A stretch of 64,000 bases of DNA from an uncultured Solirubrobacterales bacterium (GTDB lineage: Bacteria; Actinomycetota; Thermoleophilia; Solirubrobacterales; JBBDJG01), in assembly GCA_963780475.1 (NCBI GenBank), contig CAWACB010000008.1:707030-771029 (forward strand). The letters are read 5' to 3'. Position 1 is the first letter of the stretch. Every line of letters begins with the position of its first letter. The notes under the pieces were generated by a model. It was not told where the DNA came from and made no database searches. It saw only the letters and a program-made list of their open reading frames with translations. This document shows positions 46,616 to 55,722 of this stretch, one piece after another. The translations under genes were made by a program, and so were the position numbers.

Positions 46616-47421
46616 TAGCGGATGACCAGGATCTCGGGATGGGTGGCCAGCAGGGTCTGGGTGAACACGTAGTTGAACGCCCAGATGCCCGCGAAGGCGA
46701 TCACGACCGCCTCGTTGACGGCCCGACCGACGCCGGCGGCGCCGCCGGAGGCGGTCATGCCCTTGTAGCAGCACACGATCGCGATGATCGCGCCGAACAT
46801 GGTCGTCTTGACCACCGAGCCCCACAGGTCGGTGACCGAGGCGTTGGCGAAGAAGGTGGCCCAAAAGCCCGCCAGGCTCTGGTGGTAGACCAGCTCGGCC
46901 AGGATGCCGCCGAAGATGCCGAAGATCAGCGCGTAGACGTCCAGCAGGCCGGTCACCAGCATGAGGGCCAAAAAGCGCGGCACGACCAGGTTCTTGACCG
47001 GGTCGACTCCCAAGACCTGCAGGGCGTCGAGCTCCTCGCGGATCTTGCGGGCTCCGAGGTCGGCGGTGATCGCCGTGCCGGCCACGCCGGCGACGATCAT
47101 CGAGTCCACCCAGGGGGCGAACTCGCGGATCGATGCCAAAACGAAGAAGCCGCCCAGCCGGTCGAGGGCGCCGAACAGGGTGAGGAAGTTGGCCGCCTGC
47201 AGGCCCGGGGCGCCGTAGCCGAAGGCGACCGTGGAGATCAAAAGCGGGAACCAGCACAGCTTCAGCGCGAACAGGAACTGGCTCATGAACTCGCCCCCGT
47301 AGGGGTAGGGCGGGCGCACGGCGGAGACGATCGTCTTGCCGGTCAGGATCATCATGTCGCCGATCTGCTCGAAGAGGTTCTTCGCAGGCAGGAAGGCGCG
47401 GTCGGCGACGTTGCGGACCAT
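46615..47421 (-). CDS. yrbEA: YrbE/MlaE-family permease A
   Basis: ORF 46615..47472 trimmed to MVRNVADRAF. TADLGARKIREELDALQVLGVDPVKNLVVPRF is the MlaE signature region. Intact. Confidence 0.8.
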   Translation of the reverse strand: MVRNVADRAFLPAKNLFEQIGDMMILTGKTIVSAVRPPYPYGGEFMSQFLFALKLCWFPLLISTVAFGYGAPGLQAANFLTLFGALDRLGGFFVLASIREFAPWVDSMIVAGVAGTAITADLGARKIREELDALQVLGVDPVKNLVVPRFLALMLVTGLLDVYALIFGIFGGILAELVYHQSLAGFWATFFANASVTDLWGSVVKTTMFGAIIAIVCCYKGMTASGGAAGVGRAVNEAVVIAFAGIWAFNYVFTQTLLATHPEILVIR

Positions 47422-47562
47422 TACTTGATTTCTCTCTCTCCCACTCTCGCGTTGCCCGAAACAGTCGAGCAACCGACGGTAATACGCCGCGAAGAATACG
47501 TGATGCCCTGTGGGCCTGCTACGGCTGATGCTTGTTGCAGGCGGTTCTACACGCTTCTACAT

Positions 47563-48138
47563 ATGATTCGGCTCGTGGAGGAGAGGCGCACCAATCGCCG
47601 GTCGCTGGTGCTGCTCGTGTTCCTGCTGGTCGCACTGCCGGTGATGGCAGGCGCTTGCGGCGGGGGCGAGAAGCAGGACGAGAACGAGCCCGAGGGCACC
47701 TACAAGGTGGACGTCATTTCCGCGTCCTTCCCCGGCCGGCAGCGGCTCGGCGAGAGCTCGCACCTGCGGATCCAGGTCGAGAACCAGGACGACAAGGCGC
47801 TTCCCAACCTGGCGATCAGCGTCGAAGGCCTCAGTCAGCGGGTGGACGATCCGACGCTCGCCACTCCGGTCCGCGAGATCTGGATCGTCAACCGGCCTCC
47901 CTTCAACTCCGACTCGGCGTACACCGACACGTGGACGCTCGGTGAGGTCCCGGCGGGCGCGACCCGCACCGCCGACTGGGAGGTGACCGCGGTCCGCGCG
48001 GGCACCTACAGCCTGCGCTACAGGGTGTCGGCCGGCACCGACGGCAAGGCGAAGGCCGAGTTGCCCGACGGCAGCCCGGCGCGCGGTAGCTTCATCGCGC
48101 GGATCACGCGCAGCTCGCGCAACACGCAGGTCGACTGA
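47563..48138 (+). CDS. lipoprotein, hypothetical
   Basis: C-terminal part of ORF 46444..48138, starting at MIRLVEERRTNRRSLVLLVFLLVALPVMAGACGGGEK (lipobox), followed by a beta-rich domain. No family recognised. Confidence 0.6.
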   Translation: MIRLVEERRTNRRSLVLLVFLLVALPVMAGACGGGEKQDENEPEGTYKVDVISASFPGRQRLGESSHLRIQVENQDDKALPNLAISVEGLSQRVDDPTLATPVREIWIVNRPPFNSDSAYTDTWTLGEVPAGATRTADWEVTAVRAGTYSLRYRVSAGTDGKAKAELPDGSPARGSFIARITRSSRNTQVD

Positions 48139-48144
48139 CGCCGA

Positions 48145-49011
48145 CTAGGCCGTGGTCGGCTCGCGGGGCGAGACCGCGAAGCCGTCGACCAGCTCGTCCA
48201 GCGTCACCGGGTCGGCGGCGTCCTGCATCGCCCGCACCAGCGAGTCCATGCTCGGCCGGTCGTGCCGGTAGAAGACTCCCAGCGTCATCTTGTCGTCCAG
48301 CGCCGCGGCGAACGCCGCCGCGCGGTCGCGCTGGTCGTGCTCGGCGGGCAGCTGGTGGACCGCCTCCTTCCACGACTGGGTCGTGTTGTTGAAGGCGGTG
48401 CAGGGGCTGAACGCGTCGATGAAGGCAAAGCCAGGCTGCTGGATGCCCTCCACGATCAGCTCGGTCAGCTCCTTGGAGCGAAAACTGGCGCCGCGGGCGA
48501 CGAAGCCGCAGTCGGCCGCGACCGCGGTGGCGATCACGTTCATCGGCTCCTCGAGGTTGCCGTAGGGCGTCGAGGGCGAGCGCTGCTCGTGCAGCGAGGT
48601 CGGCGACACCTGGCCCTTGGTGAGGCCGTAGGTCTGGTTGTCCATGATCACGTAGGTGATGTCGACGTTGCGCCGCGCGGCGTGGGGGAAGTGCCCGCCA
48701 CCGATCGCGAAGCCGTCGCCGTCGCCGCCGACCGCGATCACCGTCAGCTCGGGGTTGGCGAGCTTGACTCCCATCGCCGTGGGCAGCGCGCGGCCGTGGA
48801 CACCGTGGAAGCCGTACGTGGTGACGAAGCCCGGGAAGCGGCTCGAGCACCCGATGCCGGACACGATCACCGTCCGGTCGGGATCCAGGTCCAGCTCCGC
48901 GAAGGCCCGGTAGGCGGCCGCCAGCACGCCGAAGTCGCCGCATCCCGGGCACCAGATCGGCTTCAGCTCCGACTTGAACTGGTTCGCCTTCACCTTCAGC
49001 TCGTCAGCCAA
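48145..49011 (-). CDS. korB: 2-oxoacid:ferredoxin oxidoreductase beta subunit
   Basis: Intact 288-aa ORF. PIWCPGCGDFGVL, GIGCSSRFPGF and the TPP-binding GGDGDGFAIGGGH. Overlaps the korA stop by 8 nt. Confidence 0.85.
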   Translation of the reverse strand: MADELKVKANQFKSELKPIWCPGCGDFGVLAAAYRAFAELDLDPDRTVIVSGIGCSSRFPGFVTTYGFHGVHGRALPTAMGVKLANPELTVIAVGGDGDGFAIGGGHFPHAARRNVDITYVIMDNQTYGLTKGQVSPTSLHEQRSPSTPYGNLEEPMNVIATAVAADCGFVARGASFRSKELTELIVEGIQQPGFAFIDAFSPCTAFNNTTQSWKEAVHQLPAEHDQRDRAAAFAAALDDKMTLGVFYRHDRPSMDSLVRAMQDAADPVTLDELVDGFAVSPREPTTA

Positions 49012-50767
49012 TGCTCACCTCCGCGTCCTCTGCGATTCCTCCGGTGCGGTCGACAGGCGGAGCGCCGTCCGTCACGTAGTCCGCGATCTGCTGCGCCGTG
49101 AACGGAAGCCCCGACGCCTTGCGCAGTGAGGAGACCTCGATACCGACGTCGGAGCGCACCAGGCGCGCAAACTGCCCCGTCACGTTCAGCTCCGGAACGA
49201 CGATCCGGTCCATCCCGCGCGCCCACTCGGCGATCCGCCCGACGGGCAACGGCGCGAGCGTGCGCGGGTAGCAGGTGCTCACCTTGAGGCCGCGATCGAG
49301 GCAGATCTGGGCGGCCTCTTGGGCGGCGCCCTCGGTCGACCCCCAGCCCAGCAGGCCGACGTCCGCCTGTTCGGACCCGGTGATCGTGATCCGCCCCTCG
49401 CGCGCGAGCGGCTCGAGCTTGCGGAAGCGCTTGGCCATCATCGCCTCGTGCAGCTCCGGCTCGTAGTGCGGGTTCCCGGCCTCGTCGTGCTCGATCCCGG
49501 TCGAGACGTAGGCGCCCCGGGCGCCGGGCACCGACATCGGCGACACGCCGTCCGGTCGCAGCTCGTAGCGGCGATAGGAGCCGTTCTGGCCGGTGTCCGG
49601 CCGCTCGCGGTCGACCACCTCGATCGCGGTGAAGTCGGGGCGGCGCACAGTCTCCAGGCGATGCGACAGCGACTGGTCCGAGAGCACGATCACCGGCACC
49701 TGGAAGCACTCGGCGGCGTTGAACGCCTCGACGATCACCTGGAAGCAGTCCTCCACCGAGGTCGGCGCCATCACGACACGGGGCGCCTCGCCGTGGCCGC
49801 CGTAGAGGGCGTGGTTGAGATCTGACTGCTCGGTCTTGGTGGGCATTCCTGTCGAGGGCCCCGAGCGCTGCGCGTCGATGATCACAGCCGGGATCTCCGC
49901 CATCCCGGCCAGGCCGACCAGCTCGGCCATCAAGGAGAGGCCGGGCCCCGACGTCGCGGTCATCGCCTTCTTGCCCGCGAACGAGGCCCCGAGCACGGAC
50001 GCAAGCGCGGCGATCTCGTCCTCGGTCTGGATCGCGACGCCGCCGAACTTGGGCAGCCGGCCGGCGAGCCACTCGAGAATGTCCGATGCCGGAGTGATCG
50101 GGTAGCCGGCGTAGTAGTTGAGGCCGGCGTGCAGTGCGCCGAGGCAGACCGCCTGGTTGCCCGATAGCAGGACTCGCTCCTCCTGCTCGGCCGCTGCCGG
50201 GCGGAGCTTGTGCCCGTCGGCCGGAAGCTGCTCGCGCGCGAAGGAGGCGCCCGCGAGCAGGGACCTGATGTTGGCCTCCCCCACGTCGCCCTTGTGCGCG
50301 TAGCGCTTGAGGATCATCTCCTCGATCCGCGCGGTGTCGATGCCGAGCAGCCCGCACACGAGCCCGACGGCCACCATGTTCTTGCCGCGCCGGCCGCCCC
50401 CGGCTTCCTGCGCCAGCCCTGCCAGCGGAACCTCTGACGAGCGCGAATCGAACTGAGGGGTGACCCGCACCGACTCGGCGTCACAGACGATATGCCCGTC
50501 GTGCGCCAGCTCGTGGTGATGGAGGTCGAACGCCTCCTGGTTGAAGCAGACGAGCAGGTCGACCGCGTTGCCCTGGGAACGCAGCCGCTCGACGCCGACC
50601 CGCACCTGGTACATGCACGGGCCGCCCTTGATCTCGGCGGGATAGGTCCGGAACGTCAGCGCCCAGTAGCCGGTGCGCGCGGCCCCGGTGGCGAGGATGT
50701 CGCCGCCGGATATCACGCCTTCGCCCGACTCCCCGGCGAGGCGCACTGCTATGTCGTCGCGGATCAA
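49004..50767 (-). CDS. korA: 2-oxoacid:ferredoxin oxidoreductase alpha subunit (with N-terminal gamma-like domain)
   Basis: Intact 587-aa ORF. SGEGVISGGDIL (gamma domain), AGYPITPASDILE and TSGPGLSLMAELVGLAGMAEIP. Confidence 0.85.
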   Translation of the reverse strand: MIRDDIAVRLAGESGEGVISGGDILATGAARTGYWALTFRTYPAEIKGGPCMYQVRVGVERLRSQGNAVDLLVCFNQEAFDLHHHELAHDGHIVCDAESVRVTPQFDSRSSEVPLAGLAQEAGGGRRGKNMVAVGLVCGLLGIDTARIEEMILKRYAHKGDVGEANIRSLLAGASFAREQLPADGHKLRPAAAEQEERVLLSGNQAVCLGALHAGLNYYAGYPITPASDILEWLAGRLPKFGGVAIQTEDEIAALASVLGASFAGKKAMTATSGPGLSLMAELVGLAGMAEIPAVIIDAQRSGPSTGMPTKTEQSDLNHALYGGHGEAPRVVMAPTSVEDCFQVIVEAFNAAECFQVPVIVLSDQSLSHRLETVRRPDFTAIEVVDRERPDTGQNGSYRRYELRPDGVSPMSVPGARGAYVSTGIEHDEAGNPHYEPELHEAMMAKRFRKLEPLAREGRITITGSEQADVGLLGWGSTEGAAQEAAQICLDRGLKVSTCYPRTLAPLPVGRIAEWARGMDRIVVPELNVTGQFARLVRSDVGIEVSSLRKASGLPFTAQQIADYVTDGAPPVDRTGGIAEDAEVSIG

Positions 50768-50830
50768 GAGCTCCCTGCGTGGAGCTGCTGCGGAGCGTCT
50801 CGATGTTAGCGAGGGTCGCCGGGCCGGCGC

Positions 50831-51994
50831 TTACATCGCCTCGATCAGCCGCAGCGCCTTCAGGCCCAGGCCCAGGCGCTCGCGGTCCTCGGTCGCGGCC
50901 GGGATCGAGGCCGGTCAGCTCCCGCACCCGCTCCAGGCGGTAGGCGACCGTGTGCCGGTGCGCGTACAGCACGCGTGCGGTCGCGTTCATGTTGCAGTCG
51001 TTCGCCAGGTAGCACTCGAGGGTCGGCAGCAGCTCTCCGCGGTACTGGTCGTCGTAGCGTGCGACCGGCGCGACCGTGTCCTCGAAGAAGCCGTGGACCT
51101 CCTCCGGATGCGAGGCCAGGACGCGGAACAGCAGCCGGTAGACCTCCGACCCGGCCCCGCCGTTCACGGCCTCCACCCCGTCCCGCTCGGCGAAGTCGAG
51201 CATCAGGCCGGCCTCGCGGGCGGCACGCACCACCTCGCGCGGGCCGCGGTAGAAGGAGGTGACCACCGTCGGGCCGTGCGCATGCAGCCGCTCGGCGGCC
51301 GCCGCGGGCGCCTTCCTGGCGTCGCCGGCGGGCGGCACGGGCACCGCGATGTACATCCGCTGCGCCGGTCAGCTCGGCGAGCGATCCGGGCGCGACCTCG
51401 GCAGCCAGCGCCAGGGCCTCGAGCGGCCGGGTGGAGCGAACGGCGGTCGCGACGACGGCGAAGCCTCCGGACAGATCGGGGCAGCGCTCGATCGCGATCG
51501 TGGCCGCCCGGTCGGGCTCGAGCGTGCCCTGCGACGATGCCCTCGAACAGCGCCACCTCGGGCGCGGCCTCCTCGCGCTCGCGCGCCTGCTCGAGCGCGA
51601 CCGCCGTGGCACTGGCCGTGGCCGCGAGGTGCAGGAACTCGCTCGCCTCCTGCGGGAAGTCGCCCTCGCCCTCCAGCATCCCGACCATCCCGACCAGCCG
51701 GCTGCCGTAGGTCACCGGAACGACGAGCTCCACCGACTCCGGGATCGACCCCTTGGCGCCGTCCACGCCGTTGGCCGCGTAGTGCTCGAGCGCCGCCCGG
51801 GCCGCAGGGCTGCGCGGCCGGCCAGACCACCGAGATCTCGAGCACCGGCAGCACGATCGCCACCGGCCGGCCGACCTCTACCGCGGCGAGCTCAGCAACC
51901 CGCTCGAGACCGTCGCCGGTCAGCGCCGCGTCCACCATCAGCTGATGGACGCGGCGCAGTCGCTCGACCAGCGACGCGACGCCGGGGGTCAGCG
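50831..51994 (-). pseudogene. PucR/CdaR-family transcriptional regulator (at least 3 frame changes; start uncertain)
   Basis: C-terminal PucR HTH (LLPTLECYLANDCNMNATARVLYAHRHTVAYRLERVRELTGLDP, then ATEDRERLGLGLKALRLIEAM-TAA in another frame). GAF-like N-terminal pieces lie in the frames of ORFs 51203..51766 and 51369..52058. Confidence 0.6.
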
Positions 51995-53365
51995 CTACAG
52001 CACTGAGAGATACCGGTCCAGCTCCCAAGGGCTCACCTGGACCCGGTAGTCCTCCCACTCGGCGCGCTTCAGATCGATGTAACGCGTGAACACGTGCTCT
52101 CCGAGCGCCTTCTCGACCACCTCGGAGCCCGCCATCTCCTCGATCGCCTCACCGAGCGTCTCGGGCAGCTGCTGGATCCCCAGCTTCTCCCGCTCCTCGT
52201 GAGTGAGGTCGTAGAGGTTCGTCTCCATCGGATCGGGCAGCTCGTAGCCCTTCTCGATTCCTTCGAGCCCCGCGTGCAGCATTCCCGCGAACGTCAGGTA
52301 CGGGTTGCACGCCGGGTCGGGGCAGCGCAGCTCGCAGCGCGTCGCCTGCTCCTTGCCCGGGTGGTACATCGGGACCCGGATCAGGGCGGACCGGTTGCGC
52401 CGCGACCACGCGATGTAGACCGGCGCCTCGTATCCCGGCACGAGCCGCTTGTACGAGTTCACCCACTGCGCGAACAGGGCGGAGATCTCGCGGGCGTGCT
52501 TCAGCTGCCCGGCGATGAACGACTTCGCGGTCGCCGACAGGCTGTACTCGTCGCTGGGGTCGAAGAACGAGTTGCGGCTCTCCTTGAACAGCGACTGGTG
52601 CACGTGCATGCCGGACCCGTTCTCACCGAACAGCGGCTTCGGCATGAACGTCGCGTACACGCCGTGCTGCATCGCGATCTCCTTGACTGTGATCCGGTAG
52701 GTCATGGCGTTGTCCGCCATCTCCAGCCCGGAGGCGAAGCGCATGTCGATCTCGTGCTGCGAGGGCCCGACCTCGTGATGGGTGTACTCGACGTGGATGC
52801 CGAGCTGCTCGAGCGCGAGCACCGTGTCGCGTCGCAGGTCGGATGCCGCGTCGAGCGTCGTCAGGTCGAAGTAGCCGCCCCTGTCGAGCACCTGCGGCGG
52901 TCCGCCGTTCAGCTCAGCCTGGCGGAAATAGAAGAACTCCAGCTCGGGCCCGATGAAGTAGTCGTCGAAGCCCATGTCGTTCGCGCGCTGGATCGCGCGC
53001 CGCATCACATAGCGCGGGTCGCCCTCATAGGGCTCACCGCCCGGCTTCAGCACGTCGCAGAACATGCGCGCCACCGCGCGCTCCCGCGGCCGCCAGGGCA
53101 GGATCTTGAAGGTCGACGGGTCGGGCATCGCGATCATGTCCGACTCCTCGATCCGGTTGAAGCCGGTGATCGACGAGCCGTCGAAGCCCATGCCCTGCTC
53201 GAGCGCGTCGTCCAGGTCCTTGCGGCCGACCGCGAAGCTCTTCAGCTGGCCCAGGATGTCGGTGAACCAGAGCCGGATGAACTGGATGTCGTGCTCCTCC
53301 ACAAGTGCGAGCACGTCGTCCTTGCTTTGGGCAACGGGTATCGCCGCCCGGTCAATCGTCGCCAT
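51995..53365 (-). CDS. glnA: glutamine synthetase, type I
   Basis: Intact 456-aa ORF. FDGSSITGF, PELEFFYF, HHEVGPSQHEIDMRF, KPLFGENGSGMHVHQSL and NSYKRLVPGYEAP. Confidence 0.9.
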   Translation of the reverse strand: MATIDRAAIPVAQSKDDVLALVEEHDIQFIRLWFTDILGQLKSFAVGRKDLDDALEQGMGFDGSSITGFNRIEESDMIAMPDPSTFKILPWRPRERAVARMFCDVLKPGGEPYEGDPRYVMRRAIQRANDMGFDDYFIGPELEFFYFRQAELNGGPPQVLDRGGYFDLTTLDAASDLRRDTVLALEQLGIHVEYTHHEVGPSQHEIDMRFASGLEMADNAMTYRITVKEIAMQHGVYATFMPKPLFGENGSGMHVHQSLFKESRNSFFDPSDEYSLSATAKSFIAGQLKHAREISALFAQWVNSYKRLVPGYEAPVYIAWSRRNRSALIRVPMYHPGKEQATRCELRCPDPACNPYLTFAGMLHAGLEGIEKGYELPDPMETNLYDLTHEEREKLGIQQLPETLGEAIEEMAGSEVVEKALGEHVFTRYIDLKRAEWEDYRVQVSPWELDRYLSVL

Positions 53366-53504
53366 CTTCAGTCAGGTCCTCTCTGCGTCGGTTGAAGTCA
53401 TTTCCCCAGGCTCCTCGGGCACCCGGATCGCGGCGGAGGGCGCCCGGGTCGGACGCCCTCGATGCCGCTTGGGGGGAGGGGTTACTTCTCCTGCTTGGTT
53501 TCTC

Positions 53505-53879
53505 CTACACGCCCGCCGGGATCTCTCCGGATTCGTGTGCCTGAAGCACCTCGTCGCCGGCCTCGCCGGTTCGGATGCGAACCGCCTCCTCGACGGGAAT
53601 CACGAAGATCTTCCCGTCGCCGACTTCGCCCGTGCGAGCGTGTCTGAGGATCGTCTCTTTGACGAGGCCGACGTCCTTGTCGTCCACGACGATCTCCAGC
53701 TTCATCTTGGGCCGCAGGTGGATCACGAGCTCCGATCCTCGGTAGTGCTCAGTGATCCCCTTCTGCCGCCCAGAGCCGCGGTACTGACCCACCGAGAGGC
53801 TCGGGAAGCCCTTCTCCAACAGCTCCATCCGGATCGGCTCGAAGGCCTCGTGTCGGATGAATGCCTCGATTTTCTTCAT
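53505..53879 (-). CDS. glnK: P-II nitrogen regulatory protein
   Basis: Intact 124-aa ORF. MKKIEAFIR, T-loop GSGRQKGITEHYRG with the conserved Tyr, and GDGKIFVIPVEEAVRIRTGE. Immediately downstream of amt. Confidence 0.85.
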   Translation of the reverse strand: MKKIEAFIRHEAFEPIRMELLEKGFPSLSVGQYRGSGRQKGITEHYRGSELVIHLRPKMKLEIVVDDKDVGLVKETILRHARTGEVGDGKIFVIPVEEAVRIRTGEAGDEVLQAHESGEIPAGV

Positions 53880-55353
53880 GCGCTTCTCCTAACTCCCGGT
53901 CGTGGCTGGTCGTGCGGCCCCGCTCAAGGCGGGACGCACCGGCCGGGGTTCCGGCAGGCATCTGCATATCCCCCTCTTCCGGCGGGATGAACAGTTCCGG
54001 ATACCCATACATGCCGTGCTCGACGATGTCCAGGCCCGCCTCTTCCTCTTCTGCGGAGACGCGCAGCCCGATCGTCGCCTTGATCAGCCCGAACACGATC
54101 AGCGAGCTGACGAACGCGAACGAGAACGCGGCCCCGATGCCGAGCGCCTGGGCGCCGAGCTGGTGGAACGAGCCGCTGTACCAGAGGCCCGGATCGCCGA
54201 CGGCGTTCAGCTCCGCGTAGCGCGGGGACGTGAAGATGCCGCAGGAGAGCGTGCCCCAGATACCGGCCAGGCCGTGCGCCGACAGGGCGCCGACCGGGTC
54301 ATCGAGCACCTTCTCGATCGCCAGCACGCCGACCACCACGATCACACCTGCGACAGCGCCGATGATCGGGGCGGCCCAGAACTCCACGTAGCCGGAGGGC
54401 GCCGTGACGGCGACCAGGCCCGCGATTGCTCCGTTGCCGGCCATGCCGATGTCGATCGTCTTCCGCATGAAGTACATCGTCAGCAGTGCAGCCAGGACGC
54501 CCGCCGCGGCAGCGAGGTTCGTCACCACGACGATCTCGGCGAAGCGGTTGCCCATTGCGCCGAGCGTCGAGCCCGGGTTGAACCCGAACCAGCCCAGCCA
54601 CAGGATCAGGACGCCGAGGCCGACCAGCGGCATCGAGTGCCCCGGAATGGCGCGCGGCTTGCCGTCAGGCCCGTACTTGCCGATCCGCGGCCCGAGGAGC
54701 AGCAGCACCGCCAGGGCGCCGGTTGCTCCGATCAGGTGCACCACCGTCGATCCGGCGAAGTCCTGCATTCCGACGTTCACCTGCAGCCAGCCGCCACCGA
54801 AGATCCAGTGGCTGATCACCGGGTAGATGACCGACGCGAAGACGACCGCGTAGATCGCGTAGACCGCGAACTTGAGGCGCTCCAGCGTCGTTCCCCAGAC
54901 GATCGCCAGCGACACGGCGCAGAACACGAACTGGAAGAACATGAACGCCGCAGGGCTGATCGGGTACGCCTCGAGGAACGGGAACTGCTGTGCCGCCTCG
55001 GCGGGCACAGAGCTCACGTCCAGGAAGAACCCGGAGTCCCCGGCGATCGTGCCGGCGCCACCGAAAGCGAGCGCGAAGCCCACCGCCCAGTAGCAGAGGG
55101 CTGCGATCGAGAAGTTCGTCAGGATCTTCGCCACCCCCGTGCCGGCGTTCTTCGCACGCGAGAACCCGATCTCAAGGAAGGCGAAACCCGCCTGCATGAA
55201 CATCACGAGCACGGCGGCCACGATCACCCAGGTCGTGTTGAGGCTCGAGGTCACCTCCTCGATGGCGGGCGCGTCCTGACCCCACGCCGCGGCAGGCAGG
55301 ACCAGCGCGACCATCGCACCGGACACCGCTGCCCTCAAGAGACTTCTTCGCAT
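53876..55353 (-). CDS. amt: ammonium transporter (3' end uncertain)
   Basis: ORF 53749..55386 trimmed to MRRSLLRAAV (GAGGAGGAA SD upstream). FMQAGFAFLE, DFAGSTVVHL, WFGFNPGS and AHGLAGIWG. As assembled the tail overlaps glnK by about 130 nt. A frame change near the end would give a stop overlapping the glnK ATG (GCATGA). Confidence 0.8.
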
Positions 55354-55619
55354 CTGTGAGTTCCTCCTCACCCTCCCGGGACCCACCCTGGAGGTCGCAT
55401 TTATGGAACGTCGCTCAGGCTAGGAGGCGCTGTCCAGCGCGTCTTTGGACACAGGGAGAAGATTTCGCCGCCAGATTTCTCACGTTGGTAGGGGTGGCTG
55501 CTGCAATCTGGGCGATTCCAGCGCCCGTCGCGGCTGCGTGCCGCCCACGGCGCTGTCCGGAGTTGAGGTCGCATAGCGACCGGAAGTCCGCACAGCCCCA
55601 AGAACGCGCCCCCCTTGGG

Positions 55620-55659
55620 CCGCCGGGCGAGAGAAGCTTGGACCGCCGGGCGAGAGAAG
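55620..55659. repeat. 17-bp direct repeat x2 in the amt / WS-DGAT divergent region
   Basis: CCGCCGGGCGAGAGAAG occurs at 55620-55636 and 55643-55659 (23-nt period). Confidence 0.6.
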
Positions 55660-55722
55660 TCCCGCAATTGCGGACCATCGGGCGGAAGACAAAAGTGCGC
55701 CGAGGGTGAACTCTTCCTCGGG

